Positions 33,386 through 45,631 of a DNA stretch of 64,000 nt are shown piece by piece; position 1 is the stretch's first letter, and every line of letters starts with the position of its first letter. Location of the stretch: contig CM000155.2 in the NCBI GenBank assembly GCA_000004695.1, forward strand, positions 800,001 to 864,000. The letters run 5' to 3'. The notes below the pieces were generated by a model, which did no database searches, was not told the DNA's origin, and saw only the letters and a list, made by a program, of their open reading frames with translations. The position numbers were made by a program, and so were the translations under genes. Origin of the DNA: Dictyostelium discoideum. Lineage: Eukaryota.

Positions 33386-34358
33386 ATGGCAAATTCAAAA
33401 TATGAATATGTTAAATCATTTGAACAACCAGATATATTATTACAAAATGTTTGGATTGTAGTACGTATTGATGGTAGATCATTTCACAAATTTACAACTA
33501 AACATGATTATGCAAAACCAAATGATGATAGAGGTTTATCATTAATGAATAGAGCCGCTCTTGAAGTTTGTAAAGAATTTCCTGATATCGTTATAGCATT
33601 TGGTGAAAGTGATGAATATAGGTATGAATTAATTTTTTAAATTTTAAAATTAAAAAATGTTTAGAAAAAAAAAAAAAAAAATTAATTTTTTAAAAAAAAA
33701 AAAAAATATTTATTTTTAGTTTTGTTTTAAAAAAGAGTTGTAATTTATTTGAAAGAAGATCTAGTAAAATTTCATCATCAATTGTATCATATTTTACAAG
33801 CCAATTTGTTTATAGATGGAAGGAATATTTTGGAGAACATGAATTAAAATATCCTCCAACTTTTGATTCAAGATGTGTTCTTTATCCAACTGATGAAAAT
33901 ATAAAGTAAATTTAAAAATTTAAAAATTTAAAATTAATAATAAATAAAAAAAAAACAAACTATATATATATACTAATATTATTAATTTATTTATTTATTT
34001 ATTTTATAGAGATTATCTTAGTTGGAGACAAGCAGATACACATATAAATAATTTATATAATACATGTTATTGGGCATTAGTATTAAAAGCAGGCAAAACA
34101 CCAATTGAAGCAGAGAATGAATTAAGAGGTACTTTTTCAGATGGTAAAAATGAAATGTTATTCTCAAGATTTAATATAAATTATAATAATTTACCAGCAG
34201 AATATAGGAAGGGTTCTGTTATCTTTAAGAAACCAGTACAAGAAACTAATAAAGAAACTGGCTTAACAAAATCAAAAAAGAGATTAGTTATTGAACATGT
34301 TGACATTATTTCTGAAAAATTTTGGAAAGAATACCCTGATATTTTAGCTTCAAAATAA
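33386..34358 (+). CDS. thg1: tRNA-His guanylyltransferase Thg1. Three exons: join(33386..33621,33720..33905,34010..34358).
   Basis: Reads MANSKYEYVKSFEQPDILLQNVWIVVRIDGRSFHKFTTKHDYAKPNDDRGL ... IVIAFGESDEY | SFVLKK ... YPTDENIK | DYLSWRQADTHINNLYNTCYWALV ... MLFSRFNINYNNLPAEYRKGSVIF. This is colinear with human THG1L (MAKSKFEYVRDFE ... VVRLDGRNFHRF ... KDYLSWRQADCHINNLYNT ... ILFSEFNINYNNE). Donors are GTATGA and GTAAAT. Confidence 0.9.
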
Positions 34359-34381
34359 AATAAAAAAAAAATGGAACTCCA

Positions 34382-34426
<45 letters not shown>

Positions 34427-34928
34427 TTTTTTCATTTTTTTTTAAATTTTTTTTTTTAATCCCACAAATAATTGTTTTAAAAGTTAACCTACTAAAATAA
34501 ACAATTCACATTCAAAAATGTTTAACTTTCATTTTACGTTGAGGGTATGTGATCCGAATCATTTGTGTGGATCATGAATTTATGGCTAGAGTTTTTCGAA
34601 TCTAAAGTTCGCCTCAACACTTTAAAAAGATGAATGAGACAAATATAGGTATTTCATAGTGCATATTAATTATCCAAGCGATTTTTATGCCTCCTAATGA
34701 CCTACATCTTTTTTTTTTTTTTTAATAAATCATTAATTAACAATAACTTAAGTGGACATCTAAATTTAGATCTCGCAAACAATTAGTTAATATCCAAAAA
34801 AAATAAAAAATATAAAATAAATAAAGTTTAAATTTTTTTTAAAATTAAATTTACAATGCACAAAATTTTTTATATAACATATTAAATAAAAGAATTATTT
34901 TGAATAGTTTTTTTTTTTTTTTTTAAGA

Positions 34929-35053
34929 TTACTCCCAATCATCATCTTTATATCTATGATCATAAAAATTACTCCAACTTGTAACTCTTCCATCCCACTA
35001 TTTATATATTATAATTAAAAAAAAAAAAAAAAGGTTAGTCAAAATTTGAGGAA

Positions 35054-35144
<91 letters not shown>

Positions 35145-37238
35145 TCTTACATTTCCAGAAATTAAATTTAAAGAATTTGGAGACCAAGCTAAATCACGAA
35201 TTAAATGTAATCTTTGAGGATTATTTTGAGAATTATTTTGAGGAATATCTGTTAAAGTTTTAACCAATTTACCAGTTAAAACATCATAGATATAGATCAT
35301 ACCATTGAAAGAACCTGAATAAATATATTTTTGAGCTGTTGTTTCAATTGGAGAGAAATAACAACGAATTAAAGTTTGAACCACTTGATGACCACGGTAG
35401 CTCATTAAAGAGACATCTTTTGAATTTGAACCATTACGTAGTGGATTTGGCATAACATAATCTGATGGATAGGAATAATAACGATAATCCCAATTTACAC
35501 CACCACTTGGTGGTTTACTAGTTGGATTTGACATTTTTCTAATATCCCATAATTTTGCAGTTTGATCTTTACTATTACTTAAAACATAAGTACCATCATC
35601 TTTTGAACAAACATGAGTTAAACCTTGATAATGACCAGTGAATGTACCAACTGGTTTATTACTATCACCACTACCACTACCACTACCACTTTTATCTAAT
35701 GAACGTTTATCCCAAACTCTTATCAATGAATCATCACTTCCAGTCACAAATATATTACCAGTATGATCTAAATAACAAACACTATTTACATCCCTTCCAT
35801 GGCCTCTAAAATGGTTAACCACCTGTCTACCTTCTAAATCATATATAATTATTTCACCATTCGAACAACCACATAATATCTCTTTATTATTTGGTGAGAA
35901 TTTTAATCCAAATACACAAAATCTGTCAAAATTATTTGGGCTAAAAAGAAATTTAAAAAAAAAAAAAAAAAAAATATTAATTATTAATTTAAAAATTTAA
36001 AAATTTAATAAAATTAAACTTACTCTAAAAATAAACTTTCATTATAATCTTCAAAAGTTGGTTTAATACCACCTCTAATGGTTGTTGAGGAATTGGTTGC
36101 TTTTCTTCTTGAGAAATCAGTATCATATTGATTATTTTCATTGAAATTCACTCTACACAATTGAATGTAATGACTCCATGATGAATAAATTAACCAATTT
36201 TGATCGGGACTATAATCAGTATCAATGATTGACCAATTAATATCGATTGCCTGTATTTCTTTTATTTGTTCAAAATTGGATGTATTAAAAATTCTAATCA
36301 TTTTATCTTGACTTGCTGTCATTAATCTCTTACCATCAGATGTAATTTTACAACAAAATATTCTTGATGGCATTGAAATAACTGTTTCTGCTCTATTCAT
36401 TGGTAAATAATGTTGTGATATTCTAATATTTTCATTATTTTTATCTGATAATTCTCTCTTTTTTTTTTTTTTTTTTCAAAAAAATAAAATAAAAATTAAT
36501 AACACAATAAATAAAAATAATAATTAAAAAAAAAAAAAAAATTACATTTAATAGGAATCTATTTAATTTTGTTTTTTGATCCCTTAATCTTATTTGAAGT
36601 TGTAAATTTATTGTTTGACCTTGAATAGGGTCTTTAACTTGATTTGTATCATTGTCGTTACTGTTATTGTTATTATTATTATTATTATTTCTATTACTAT
36701 TATTATTATTATTATTATTATCCCTTGGTCTTAGAAGTACATTTTGACCTAATAGGTTCAAAAAAATTGGATTTAAAAGGTTAAATGTCCTACTATATCC
36801 ATTTACGTCATCATCTTCCTCTTCATCATCTTCCTCATCTTCTTCTTCTTCTTCTTCTTCGTCATCTTCTTCATCTTCTTCCTCTTCTTGATTATCGTAG
36901 TCTCTATTGTCTTGATCTTCATCTTCATTATCATCGTCATTTCTATGTAAGTAGTTACGTTGATGAAGTAGTTGGTTAATTATGGAACCTAAATCCCTGC
37001 TTGAAATATTTTGAAGGGGTTCTTGATTTTCATTGTCATCATCGTCACTATCATTTTCATCTTCCATATGAGTTATTGATGTATCAATAATGTCATGATA
37101 ATCATCCGAGTCACTTGTATTAACTTGTATTTCATCATCATTTATATCATCGTCATCATCATCTTCAAAATTATTATCATCGACAAGATCTTCATATTCT
37201 TCATCATCATCAATTCCACTTGTATCTGTATCCTCCAT
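34929..37238 (-). CDS. DCAF11/WDR23 homologue (DDB1-CUL4-associated WD40 substrate receptor) with a highly acidic N-terminus. Four exons: complement(join(34929..34997,35151..35949,36024..36446,36546..37238)).
   Basis: Colinear with human DCAF11. LLHQRN matches MLHQRE. MTASQDKMIRIFN matches MSACQDQTIRLYD. LIYSSWSHYIQLCRV matches FLYSSWSDYIHICNI. VLSNSKDQTAKLWDIRKM matches LISNSKDQTIKLWDIRRF. LMSYRGHQVVQTLIRCYFSPIETTAQKYIYSGS matches LMTYRGHGVLHTLIRCRFSPIHSTGQQFIYSGC. Terminal exon WDGRVTSW matches SSSWDGNLRLW. The last intron hosts (AAT)n. Confidence 0.85.
35056..35142. repeat. (AAT)n microsatellite inside the last DCAF11 intron
   Basis: Direct reading. Translated as poly-Y in ORF 34998..35822. 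Confidence 0.9.
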
Positions 37239-38073
37239 TATATAATATTATTGTTATAATTATTATTATTATTTTATTATTTTATTATTTTATTATATTA
37301 TTATTTTATTATTTTATTATTTATTATTTTATTATTTTATTATCTATTTCTATATAAATTGAATTAATTTTATTTCTATGGTGTAAATTGAATTAATTTT
37401 TTTGCTATTAACAAAAAAATAAAACAAAATAAAAAAATAATTAAAAAAAATAAAAAAAAATAAAAAAAATAAAAAAATAAATTAAATTTTTAATATAAAA
37501 AATATAAAAAATGTTCTATGGTGTTCTGGTGAAAAAAAAAAAAAAAAAAAAAAAAAATAAAAAATTAATTTTAGCTAAAAATAGATTCTTTAACAAATAA
37601 TATCAATAAAAATTTTAATAATAAAAAATAAAATCACTAAAAATAAATAAAAATAATAATAATCATAATAATAATCATAATAATAATAATAAATAATAGT
37701 AATAATAACTAAAATAATAAAATAATAGTAATAATAATAATAAAATAATAATAATAACTTGTTATTATAATAAAATTACTCACTTATTTGGGTTAATGTT
37801 TTTTTATTTTTTTCTTAAAATTTACATATATAGATAAAATTATAATAAAACTTTAAAAGAAATAAAATTATTGGAATCTAGCAAGGCTCGAAAATTCACT
37901 TCCATTTTCATTTTTTTTTTATTTTTTTTATTATTTTTTTATTTTTTTCATTTTTTTTTAATTTTTTAATTAAAAATTTTTTTTTTTTTAGTGGACTATA
38001 AAAAAATCTTTTTTTTTTTTATTTTTTTTATTTTCATATTCAAATTCAAACCACACAAATAAATTAAAATAAA

Positions 38074-38444
38074 ATGACACTCGGAGGATTAAAACCAGAA
38101 GTACACGCCGCCAATGATGAAATTAGACAAGTCGTTGCCAAAGTTGCCGATGAACTCAAATCTAAATTAAACACCACTGAAGTCGAACCAGTTTCATACA
38201 AAACTCAAGTAAGTGATTTGCAAATATAAAATAAAAAAAAATAAAAAAATAATAAAAACACTAACTTTTTTTTATTTTTTTTATTTTAAAATAGCTCGTT
38301 GCTGGTACCAACTACTTTATCAAAGTTAAGACCCCAGCTGGTTTTGCTCATGCTCGTGTCTACAAAGATTTACAACAAAACCATTCAGTCCACTCCGTCA
38401 AAGCTGATGGTATCACCGAAGAATCAGAAATTGTTTATTTCTAA
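38074..38444 (+). CDS. Cystatin A / stefin-type cysteine protease inhibitor (94 aa). Two exons: join(38074..38208,38295..38444). Missed by the ORF track.
   Basis: Reads MTLGGLKPEVHAANDEIRQVVAKVADELKSKLNTTEVEPVSYKTQ | LVAGTNYFIKVKTPAGFAHARVYKDL ... ITEESEIVYF. The QxVxG cystatin motif spans the exon junction (Q|LVAG). Colinear with human stefin A (FKAVSFKSQVVAGTNYFIKV). Donor GTAAGT at 38209, acceptor at 38293-38294. Confidence 0.85.
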
Positions 38445-38618
38445 ACTTTCAAGTGTATAATATATAAAACAATTGTTACTTTTATACTAAAATAAATAAA
38501 ACACCTAAAAACAAAACATTACTTTATTTTTTTATTTATTTATTTATTTATTTTAAACTTTATTATTTATTACAAATACAATAAGTATACAAATATATTT
38601 TTTTTTTTTTCATTTTTT

Positions 38619-38653
<35 letters not shown>

Positions 38654-38750
38654 CTTTGTTATTTACAATTTATTAGATAAACTATTATCTTATTGAAGAG
38701 AGAAACAAAAGGGGGGAACTATATATATATATTTTTTTTTTTTTTTTTTT

Positions 38751-39607
38751 TTAACAAAGTGTTGTTGATTTACTTCTTTTCCATTGTTTAATATAAGATG
38801 ATAAAACAGAAGATAAAACGATTTGTTTTGTTTGAGCATCTCTTAACCAAAGGTGTAAGGCTAAACTATTATTATTGTGATGTTTTGAACAACACATGAT
38901 TTTGATTTGAAACGGGAAACTACCATTTTGCACATGACAAGTAACATTTGATTTTACAAGTACTAATTTCTCTTTACATTGTGGATTAGTTGCAAAATAA
39001 AATCTTGACTGGAAATAATCTTTACAACAAGTACATTGTGGTAATGGATTAAAGTCAACATCCAAAACTTGTCCTTCCAAAATTAATGCAACCTCTTCGA
39101 ATGATTGAGGTGAGTTTATGAATTTCTTGGCATTTCCACTATACCCAATGGAATCTGCAATATAGATTCTACAACCTTGATACTTTTTTTGTGTGGCCAA
39201 ATCTGGAATATAAAATTCAATTTGATGATAAAAGTTTCTAAATAATGGTGTTGAAAATGATGAAAAAACTTTTGGTAATGGATATCCACCCGATGTTGGT
39301 GATTGTTCATTAACATTACAAAATAATGGTATATCTTGATTTCTAAAAATAAAATAAATAAAAAAATAATAATAATAAAATTCTTAGTTTAGATTTCAAA
39401 TTAAATAATTAAATAAAAAAAAAAAGGTTTCCACTTACTTTATTCCTCCATATTGAGAATTTATCAAATCATGGTTAATTACATTATTATAACTAAAGCT
39501 ATTAAAGCTATTATTATTTAAACTTATATTATTAAGATGATTCATATTATTAAAATTATTATTATGGTTATTATTATGGTTATTATTATTATTGATATTA
39601 TTTTTGA

Positions 39608-39695
<88 letters not shown>

Positions 39696-40086
39696 GATAT
39701 TGTTATTATTACTATTATTATTATTGTTATTATTTACAGAATTTATAAAATTTGGTGAGTTTGGTACAGTTATATTTGGAGAAGTTTGAATCGGACTTGA
39801 GTTTATGGTTGGTGATGAGTCATAGGTGCTCGATGTTATGTTTGTGTTTGGGCTTGTTATACTTATATTGGTATTATTAATGTTATTACTATTTATATTA
39901 TTATTATTTATATTTAATGTTGAAAATGAGGTTGAAGCAGATACAATCGATGGGGTAGTTGGTATTGAATTATTACTATTACTTGGAGTTGGTGGTGTCA
40001 TAATTAACGGGTTATTATTATTATTATAGTTTGTATTATTGTTATTATTATTATTACTATTATTATTATTGTCATCACATGAGTTT

Positions 40087-40124
<38 letters not shown>

Positions 40125-40156
40125 GTTATTATTACTATTGTTATTGTTATATAAGC

Positions 40157-40223
<67 letters not shown>

Positions 40224-40694
40224 GTTATTGTTATTATTATAATTTAAATAATTACCGTATCCATTTAAATAATTAAAATTACTATAATTTGGTATATTGA
40301 TATTTGATAATGGGTTTTGATTAAAGTTAATATTATTTATTGGAAGAGGTGTTAGTTGTGGTGATGTTGATAGATATGGATGTGAAACGTTTACTAATGG
40401 AATGTGAATATTTGGATTATTACTATGATTTAGTAATGGTGTATTTGTTATACTATTAGTACTATCATTTAAATTAATATTTTGATTATTATTGGTGCTA
40501 TTGTTATTATTATTACTATTAAAAATATTATTATTATTATTATTTACCCTATTTATTGTTGAGACCTGGTAATTATTATTCGAATTATTTCTTCTAGTCC
40601 TATTATATGATGTATTATAATTAAAATTATTTGAATTGTTTAAAAAAAAATTGGTTTTATTATTTAGTATTGAATTATTATTATTATTATTAAT

Positions 40695-40736
<42 letters not shown>

Positions 40737-40802
40737 TATATTATTATTTAAACTGAAATTATCAATATATGGTTGATTGTTATCAGTATATTTTGGAATC
40801 AT
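38751..40802 (-). CDS. Asn-rich (prion-like) low-complexity protein with a conserved-looking Cys/His-rich C-terminal domain. Two exons: complement(join(38751..39342,39439..40802)).
   Basis: Exon 1 is about 450 aa of poly-N/NNNS/T composition, ending YGGIK then GTAAGT. The 96-nt intron ends TTTTTAG. Exon 2 reads NQDIPLFCNVNEQSPTSGGYPLPKVF ... YQGCRIYIADSIGYSGNAKKF ... PQCTCCKDYFQSRFYFATNPQCKEKLVLVKSNVTCHVQNGSFPFQIKIMCCSKHH. This is a globular, Cys-rich domain of unknown family. Confidence 0.6.
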
Positions 40803-41016
40803 ATTGAAATTTGGTTTATTGTCTTGGCATGAAAAAGTATCCCTCGGAAATTAAAATTTATTTAAATTGTTAAAGGAAAGAAAAAAAAAAAAAAAAAAAA
40901 TTGTTTTATAATAATAACTTCCCAATATAAAAAAATAATTGGAGGATGTGTGAGATGATTAATGAGGTTTTGTTTATATCTTTTTTTTTTATAAAAAACA
41001 AAAAAATTATTCGCTA

Positions 41017-41138
<122 letters not shown>

Positions 41139-41466
41139 TTTTTTATTTTTAAATATTTTTTGTTGGTTTATTTGTATTGTATTTTTTTTAAAAAAAATTA
41201 ATTAATATATGTTTAATTTAATTATTTAAAATTTTTATTAGTTCTTGAAAAATTTAAATAATTTAGATTTATAAAATTTGACTGAGGGAAAAAAATTTTA
41301 AAAATAAATAAAATGGATTTTGAAAAAAGAAATTTAAAATTTAAATGAAAAAAAAAGAAAAACTAAAATAAATGGTACCAACACAAGATAAACGAAAATA
41401 ATAAGTTAAATAACAAATAATTGGAAAGTTAATCTAATGTTTTAAACGAAATGAAAATAATAATAA

Positions 41467-41576
41467 TAATGATAATNNNNNNNNNNNNNNNNNNNNNNNN
41501 NNNNNNNNNNNNNNNNNNNNNNNNNNNNNNNNNNNNNNNNNNNNNNNNNNNNNNNNNNNNNNNNNNNNNNNNNNNN
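41467..41576. other. Assembly gap (110 N)
   Basis: Run of n characters. Confidence 1.
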
Positions 41577-41884
41577 TTTTTTCATTAATTTCCCAAAGGG
41601 GGTGGGGTGTTTGAAATTACTATATACTTTTTTAACAATGAGTTTTATTTCACTTATATATCGAAAAAAACAAGTTACAGATTTGATTATTATAATAATT
41701 TCTATTAATTGAAATTACCTTTTTATTTTTTTTTTTTTTGTTTTTTTATTATAATTTATTTTATTTTATTTTAAAAATAATTTTTTTGGAAAAAAAAAAA
41801 AAACCATGAATTTGCACTTTATAAATTAAATTTTTTATTATTATTATATTTCCATAATTCAAAAAGCGAACATATAAAAAAAAA

Positions 41885-42034
41885 ATGACAGAAATTAATT
41901 CAGGTGCTCCAGTTTCTCATATGGCCCATCATATTCCAAAATTTGCAAAATATACAAAAGTTTGTTTATTATTTTTATAATTATAATAATTATTAAAATA
42001 AAATAAAATTTTTACCCTTTTTTTTTTTTTTTTT

Positions 42035-42065
<31 letters not shown>

Positions 42066-42646
42066 TTATTTTTTTATTTTTTAATAAAAAATAATAGGAC
42101 ATTGGTTTGGCTGATCCAAAGAAAGAAATTCAATATTCAATCGTTTTAAAAATTAGAAACCAAGAATGGATTGAAAAACAAGTATGTTTTTTTTTTTTTT
42201 TTTTTTTTTTTAATATTACTATTATTTTATTAATTCTTTATAATTATCTAATATCTATTAAATTTTTAAATTTTTTCTATTAATTATTTCCAAAAAATAA
42301 AAAAAATAAAATAAAAAACTGCTTTAAAGATGTTCAAAATCCAACTTGTGAAAACTTTGGTAAACTTTTGGGAAGGGGTGAAATAAATTCATTGACAAAA
42401 CCTTCCCAGGCTCATTTTGATAAAGTTTCCAACTTTTTACAATCCAAAGGTATTCAATCAACTAGAGATGGTGATAATTTAAAGGTATTATCATCAATTG
42501 AAAAAACTCAAGACTTATTTAAAACTCAAATCCATAAATTTACCCAACCATCTGGTAGTCAAGATGACACAATTTATAAAAGAGTTGGTGGTTTCCAAGT
42601 TCCTCCAGAAATCTCTGATTGTGTTGATTTAGTTGTTGGTTTTTAA
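41885..42646 (+). CDS. Sedolisin/TPP1 pro-domain-only gene (Pro-kumamolisin activation domain) with no catalytic domain. Three putative exons (41885..41962, 42104..42181, ~42330..42646). The exon 2/3 junction is out of frame under canonical splicing, so this is a possible pseudogene or a sequence error.
   Basis: Exon 2 [28 protein letters not shown] matches TPP1 [27 protein letters not shown]. Exon 3 [21 protein letters not shown] ... [23 protein letters not shown] matches TPP1 [24 protein letters not shown] ... HVDFVGGL. A stop follows immediately where the S53 catalytic domain should start. Donors GTTTGT (41963) and GTATGT (42182) both leave phase 0. The only upstream AG (42328-42329) puts VQNP... 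in frame +2. Confidence 0.5.
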
Positions 42647-42774
42647 AAAATAAATTAAAAATAAACTTTTTTTTTTTTTTGTAATTAAAAATAAAAAAAT
42701 AAATAAAAAAAATATATAAAGATTACCAAATAAAATTACAAATAAAATAATTTTATTATTATTTTATTATTTTA

Positions 42775-43868
42775 TTATTTATTTGAACAAACAATCCATT
42801 TTACTTGAGTATCAGTTTTAAAACCTAAACTTCTCATTAAAGATTGAGATGGTACATTATCAGTTTTAATGAATAAGTAAGGTAATTGATTTGGTTGTGA
42901 TTGTAATTTCTTTAATATGATAAGAGATGAAACCTTTCTTGCAAATCCTTTTCCTCTATACTTTGTATCAGAAAATAATGAACCAATTGATGCATCTGGA
43001 TACATTAATATCCAACTAACCAATTCATTTTCACCAGTTTCTTCATTTTTAATTCTATATGATGCTGAAACTTCTTGACTACATGCCCATTTAATAAAAT
43101 GAATTGATTCATCACTTCTATATGGCCAATTATTATCTTTTATTTTGATTTTTAAATATTTAAAAAAAACAAATAAATAAAATTAGTTTAATTTTTTTTT
43201 TTTTTTTTTTTTTTTTTAGAAATAATATTAATAATAATAATAAATACTTACTAACATATTCTGAATCTTCGACTGTTAAACTTTTAACATTTTCATCAAT
43301 ATTTTCATTTAATTTTTTAATAATCTCTTCTTTATTGTCAATTGGTAAATAAAATGAATCAAAAATACCAAAGTTGTTTCTTAAAGTGGTATAATATTTT
43401 TTTAAATGTTTTAAAATAATCTCTTCAATATTCAATGGTACAGCTTTAAATGTTAATGTTTCACTGTATATTTTAATATTAATATATATATATATTTAAA
43501 TAAAAAATAAAATAAAATAATAAAAAAAGTTACCTATGTTTAAAGTATGTATCAAATGATGGTGTTCTATATTTTATATTTTGGTAATCAATTTGATCTT
43601 TATATGGTGTTAAAAATCCAATACTGAAATCTATTCCATCTAATATTTCATCAAGAATTTCTAAATTAATGGTAAATATTGAAATATCACAAGATACAGT
43701 GTCGAATAAAAATAAAACATTTGGTTCTTTAATGGAGTCTGTGAATGATAAAACATTACCCAATTCCAATGGATTTTCAATTCTAAAAATTTGTTTAAAT
43801 CCTCTTGATTCAAGTAATGTATTGAATGACTCGTCTTGTTTAAAAAGTTGAAGTTTAATAGAGTTCAT
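42775..43868 (-). CDS. GNAT-fold N-acyltransferase-like protein (glycine N-acyltransferase-like architecture). Three exons: complement(join(42775..43136,43252..43463,43534..43868)).
   Basis: C-terminal exon reads WILMYPDASIGSLFSDTKYRGKGFARKVSSLII ... LMRSLGFK, typical of the GNAT motif A region (R/Q-x-x-G-x-G/A). Donors GTAACT and GTAAGT. Junction phases are consistent (2, 1). Confidence 0.55.
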
Positions 43869-43974
43869 TCTTTTTTTTTTTTTTTTTTCCACTGTTAATC
43901 TTTTGTTTTTTTTAAAAATAAAAATAAAAAATGATAATAATAATTCCAAAGTTTACAATCTAAATAAATATGTG

Positions 43975-44023
<49 letters not shown>

Positions 44024-44627
44024 GATTTTTGTGAAAACGAGTGTCGTTTGTTTATAAAAAATGTCGTTTTTGATTTAAATCATTTTTTTTTTTTTTTTTT
44101 TTTCACAAATAACTTCCCCATTTTTTATAACCTTTAAAAACAATGATAATAATTAAAAAAAAGAAATAAAAAAATAAGCAAAATCAAAAAATAATGATAA
44201 TAATGCCAATAATAAAAAAAAATAAAAAACTAAAATCAAAAAATAATTAAAAATAAAAAAAAAAAATAGAAATGACCAAATATCGTTTTTTTTATTTTTT
44301 TATTTAATTTTTTTATTTTTTTTATTTGTTTTTATTTTATTTTTTTAATTTTATTATTTTTTTATTATTTAATTTTATTTTTTTTTTTTTATTAATTATC
44401 AAAAATGGAATAAATAACAATATTTTGAGAAAAAAAAAATTAAACGCTGAAAATGAAATCTTTTTTTTTGCCAACCCAATAAATTTTTACTCAACGTTAT
44501 TGTTTTGCCACTCAAAAAAAAAAAATTTAAAAAAAAAAAACTCAAAAAAAAAAAAAATCGAACAAAGAGAAAATTAAAATTTTTTAGTTCGGCCTTTCGA
44601 ATATTTTTCAACACACAGACACACAAA

Positions 44628-45631
44628 ATGGGTATGACATTCTATTTGTTGATTTTACATGACGCTCATATTAATAAAAAAATAAATAAATAAATAAAAC
44701 TAAATTTAATAATAATAATTATTATCTCTATCAATCTTTAATGAGGAATAAAGATTGAAAAAAGATATTGATAATGGATTGATAAAATAATAATATGTAT
44801 TAACTTATGATTTTCATTTTAATAGGTATTTCTCGTGACGCTCTCCACAAACATAGACTTACAGGTAAGTTACACTTTAAAATATATAAACATTCACATA
44901 GAACCATTTCTAATAATAATTTAATTTAATTTATAGGTGCTGCGTATGTATTTTAATTTTAGGTTTTAGGATTTTAGTATAATATTGTGGATTTTAGGAT
45001 GTGTTGAAGATTGGATATTAATTTAAACTTTTTTTATAAATTTAGCCGTAAATGTAACTACAAAAAGAGAAAGTATGAGTTAGGTAGACAAGCTGCCAAA
45101 ACAAAGATTTGCTCTCAAGGTGAAGAAAAGCGTGTTAGATCAATCAGAGTTCGTGGTGGTCACCAAAAATTCAGAGCCTTAAGACTCGATACTGGTAATT
45201 TCTCATGGGCCACCGAAAAGATCACCCGTAAATGTCGTATCCTTAACGTCGTTTACAATGCCACCTCTAACGATTTAGTCCGTACCAATACCCTCGTTAA
45301 AGGTTCAATCGTCCAAATTGATGCCACCCCATACAAACAATGGTATGAAACTCACTACGGTGTTGTTGTTGGTAAAAAGAAATCCGCCAAAAAGGACGGT
45401 GAAGCTGAACAAGTTGTCAAGAAATCCGCTTCTCTCCTTGCCAAACTTGCCTCAAGAGCTAAGGGTAGAGTTTTAGATTCAGCCATCGAATCACAAATCG
45501 GTGAAGGTCGTTTCTTTGCTCGTATCACCTCAAGACCAGGTCAAGTCGGTAAATGTGATGGTTACATCTTAGAAGCTAAGGAATTAGAATTCTACCAAAG
45601 AAGACTCCAAAAGAAGAAATCTGCCAAATAA
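44628..45631 (+). CDS. rps8: 40S ribosomal protein S8 (eS8). Four exons including a 7-nt micro-exon: join(44628..44631,44826..44864,44937..44943,45046..45631), 211 aa.
   Basis: ATG+G then GTATGA. Exon 2 [14 protein letters not shown] then GTAAGT. Micro-exon GTGCTGC (AA) then GTATGT. Exon 4 [21 protein letters not shown] ... [15 protein letters not shown] ... [22 protein letters not shown]. Colinear with human RPS8 ([31 protein letters not shown] ... RALRLDVGNFSWGSE ... [22 protein letters not shown]). Confidence 0.85.

Noticed and set aside
36785-36979. ORF 36785..36979 (+) rich in L/H
   Set aside because: Antisense reading of the GAA/GAT acidic-tract coding region of DCAF11.
39537-40276. 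Plus-strand ORFs 39537..39758, 39592..39789, 39826..40029, 40031..40276, 40039..40242 (poly-I/L/Y)
   Set aside because: Antisense or frame-shifted readings of the (AAT)n poly-Asn coding repeats of the minus-strand gene 38751..40802.
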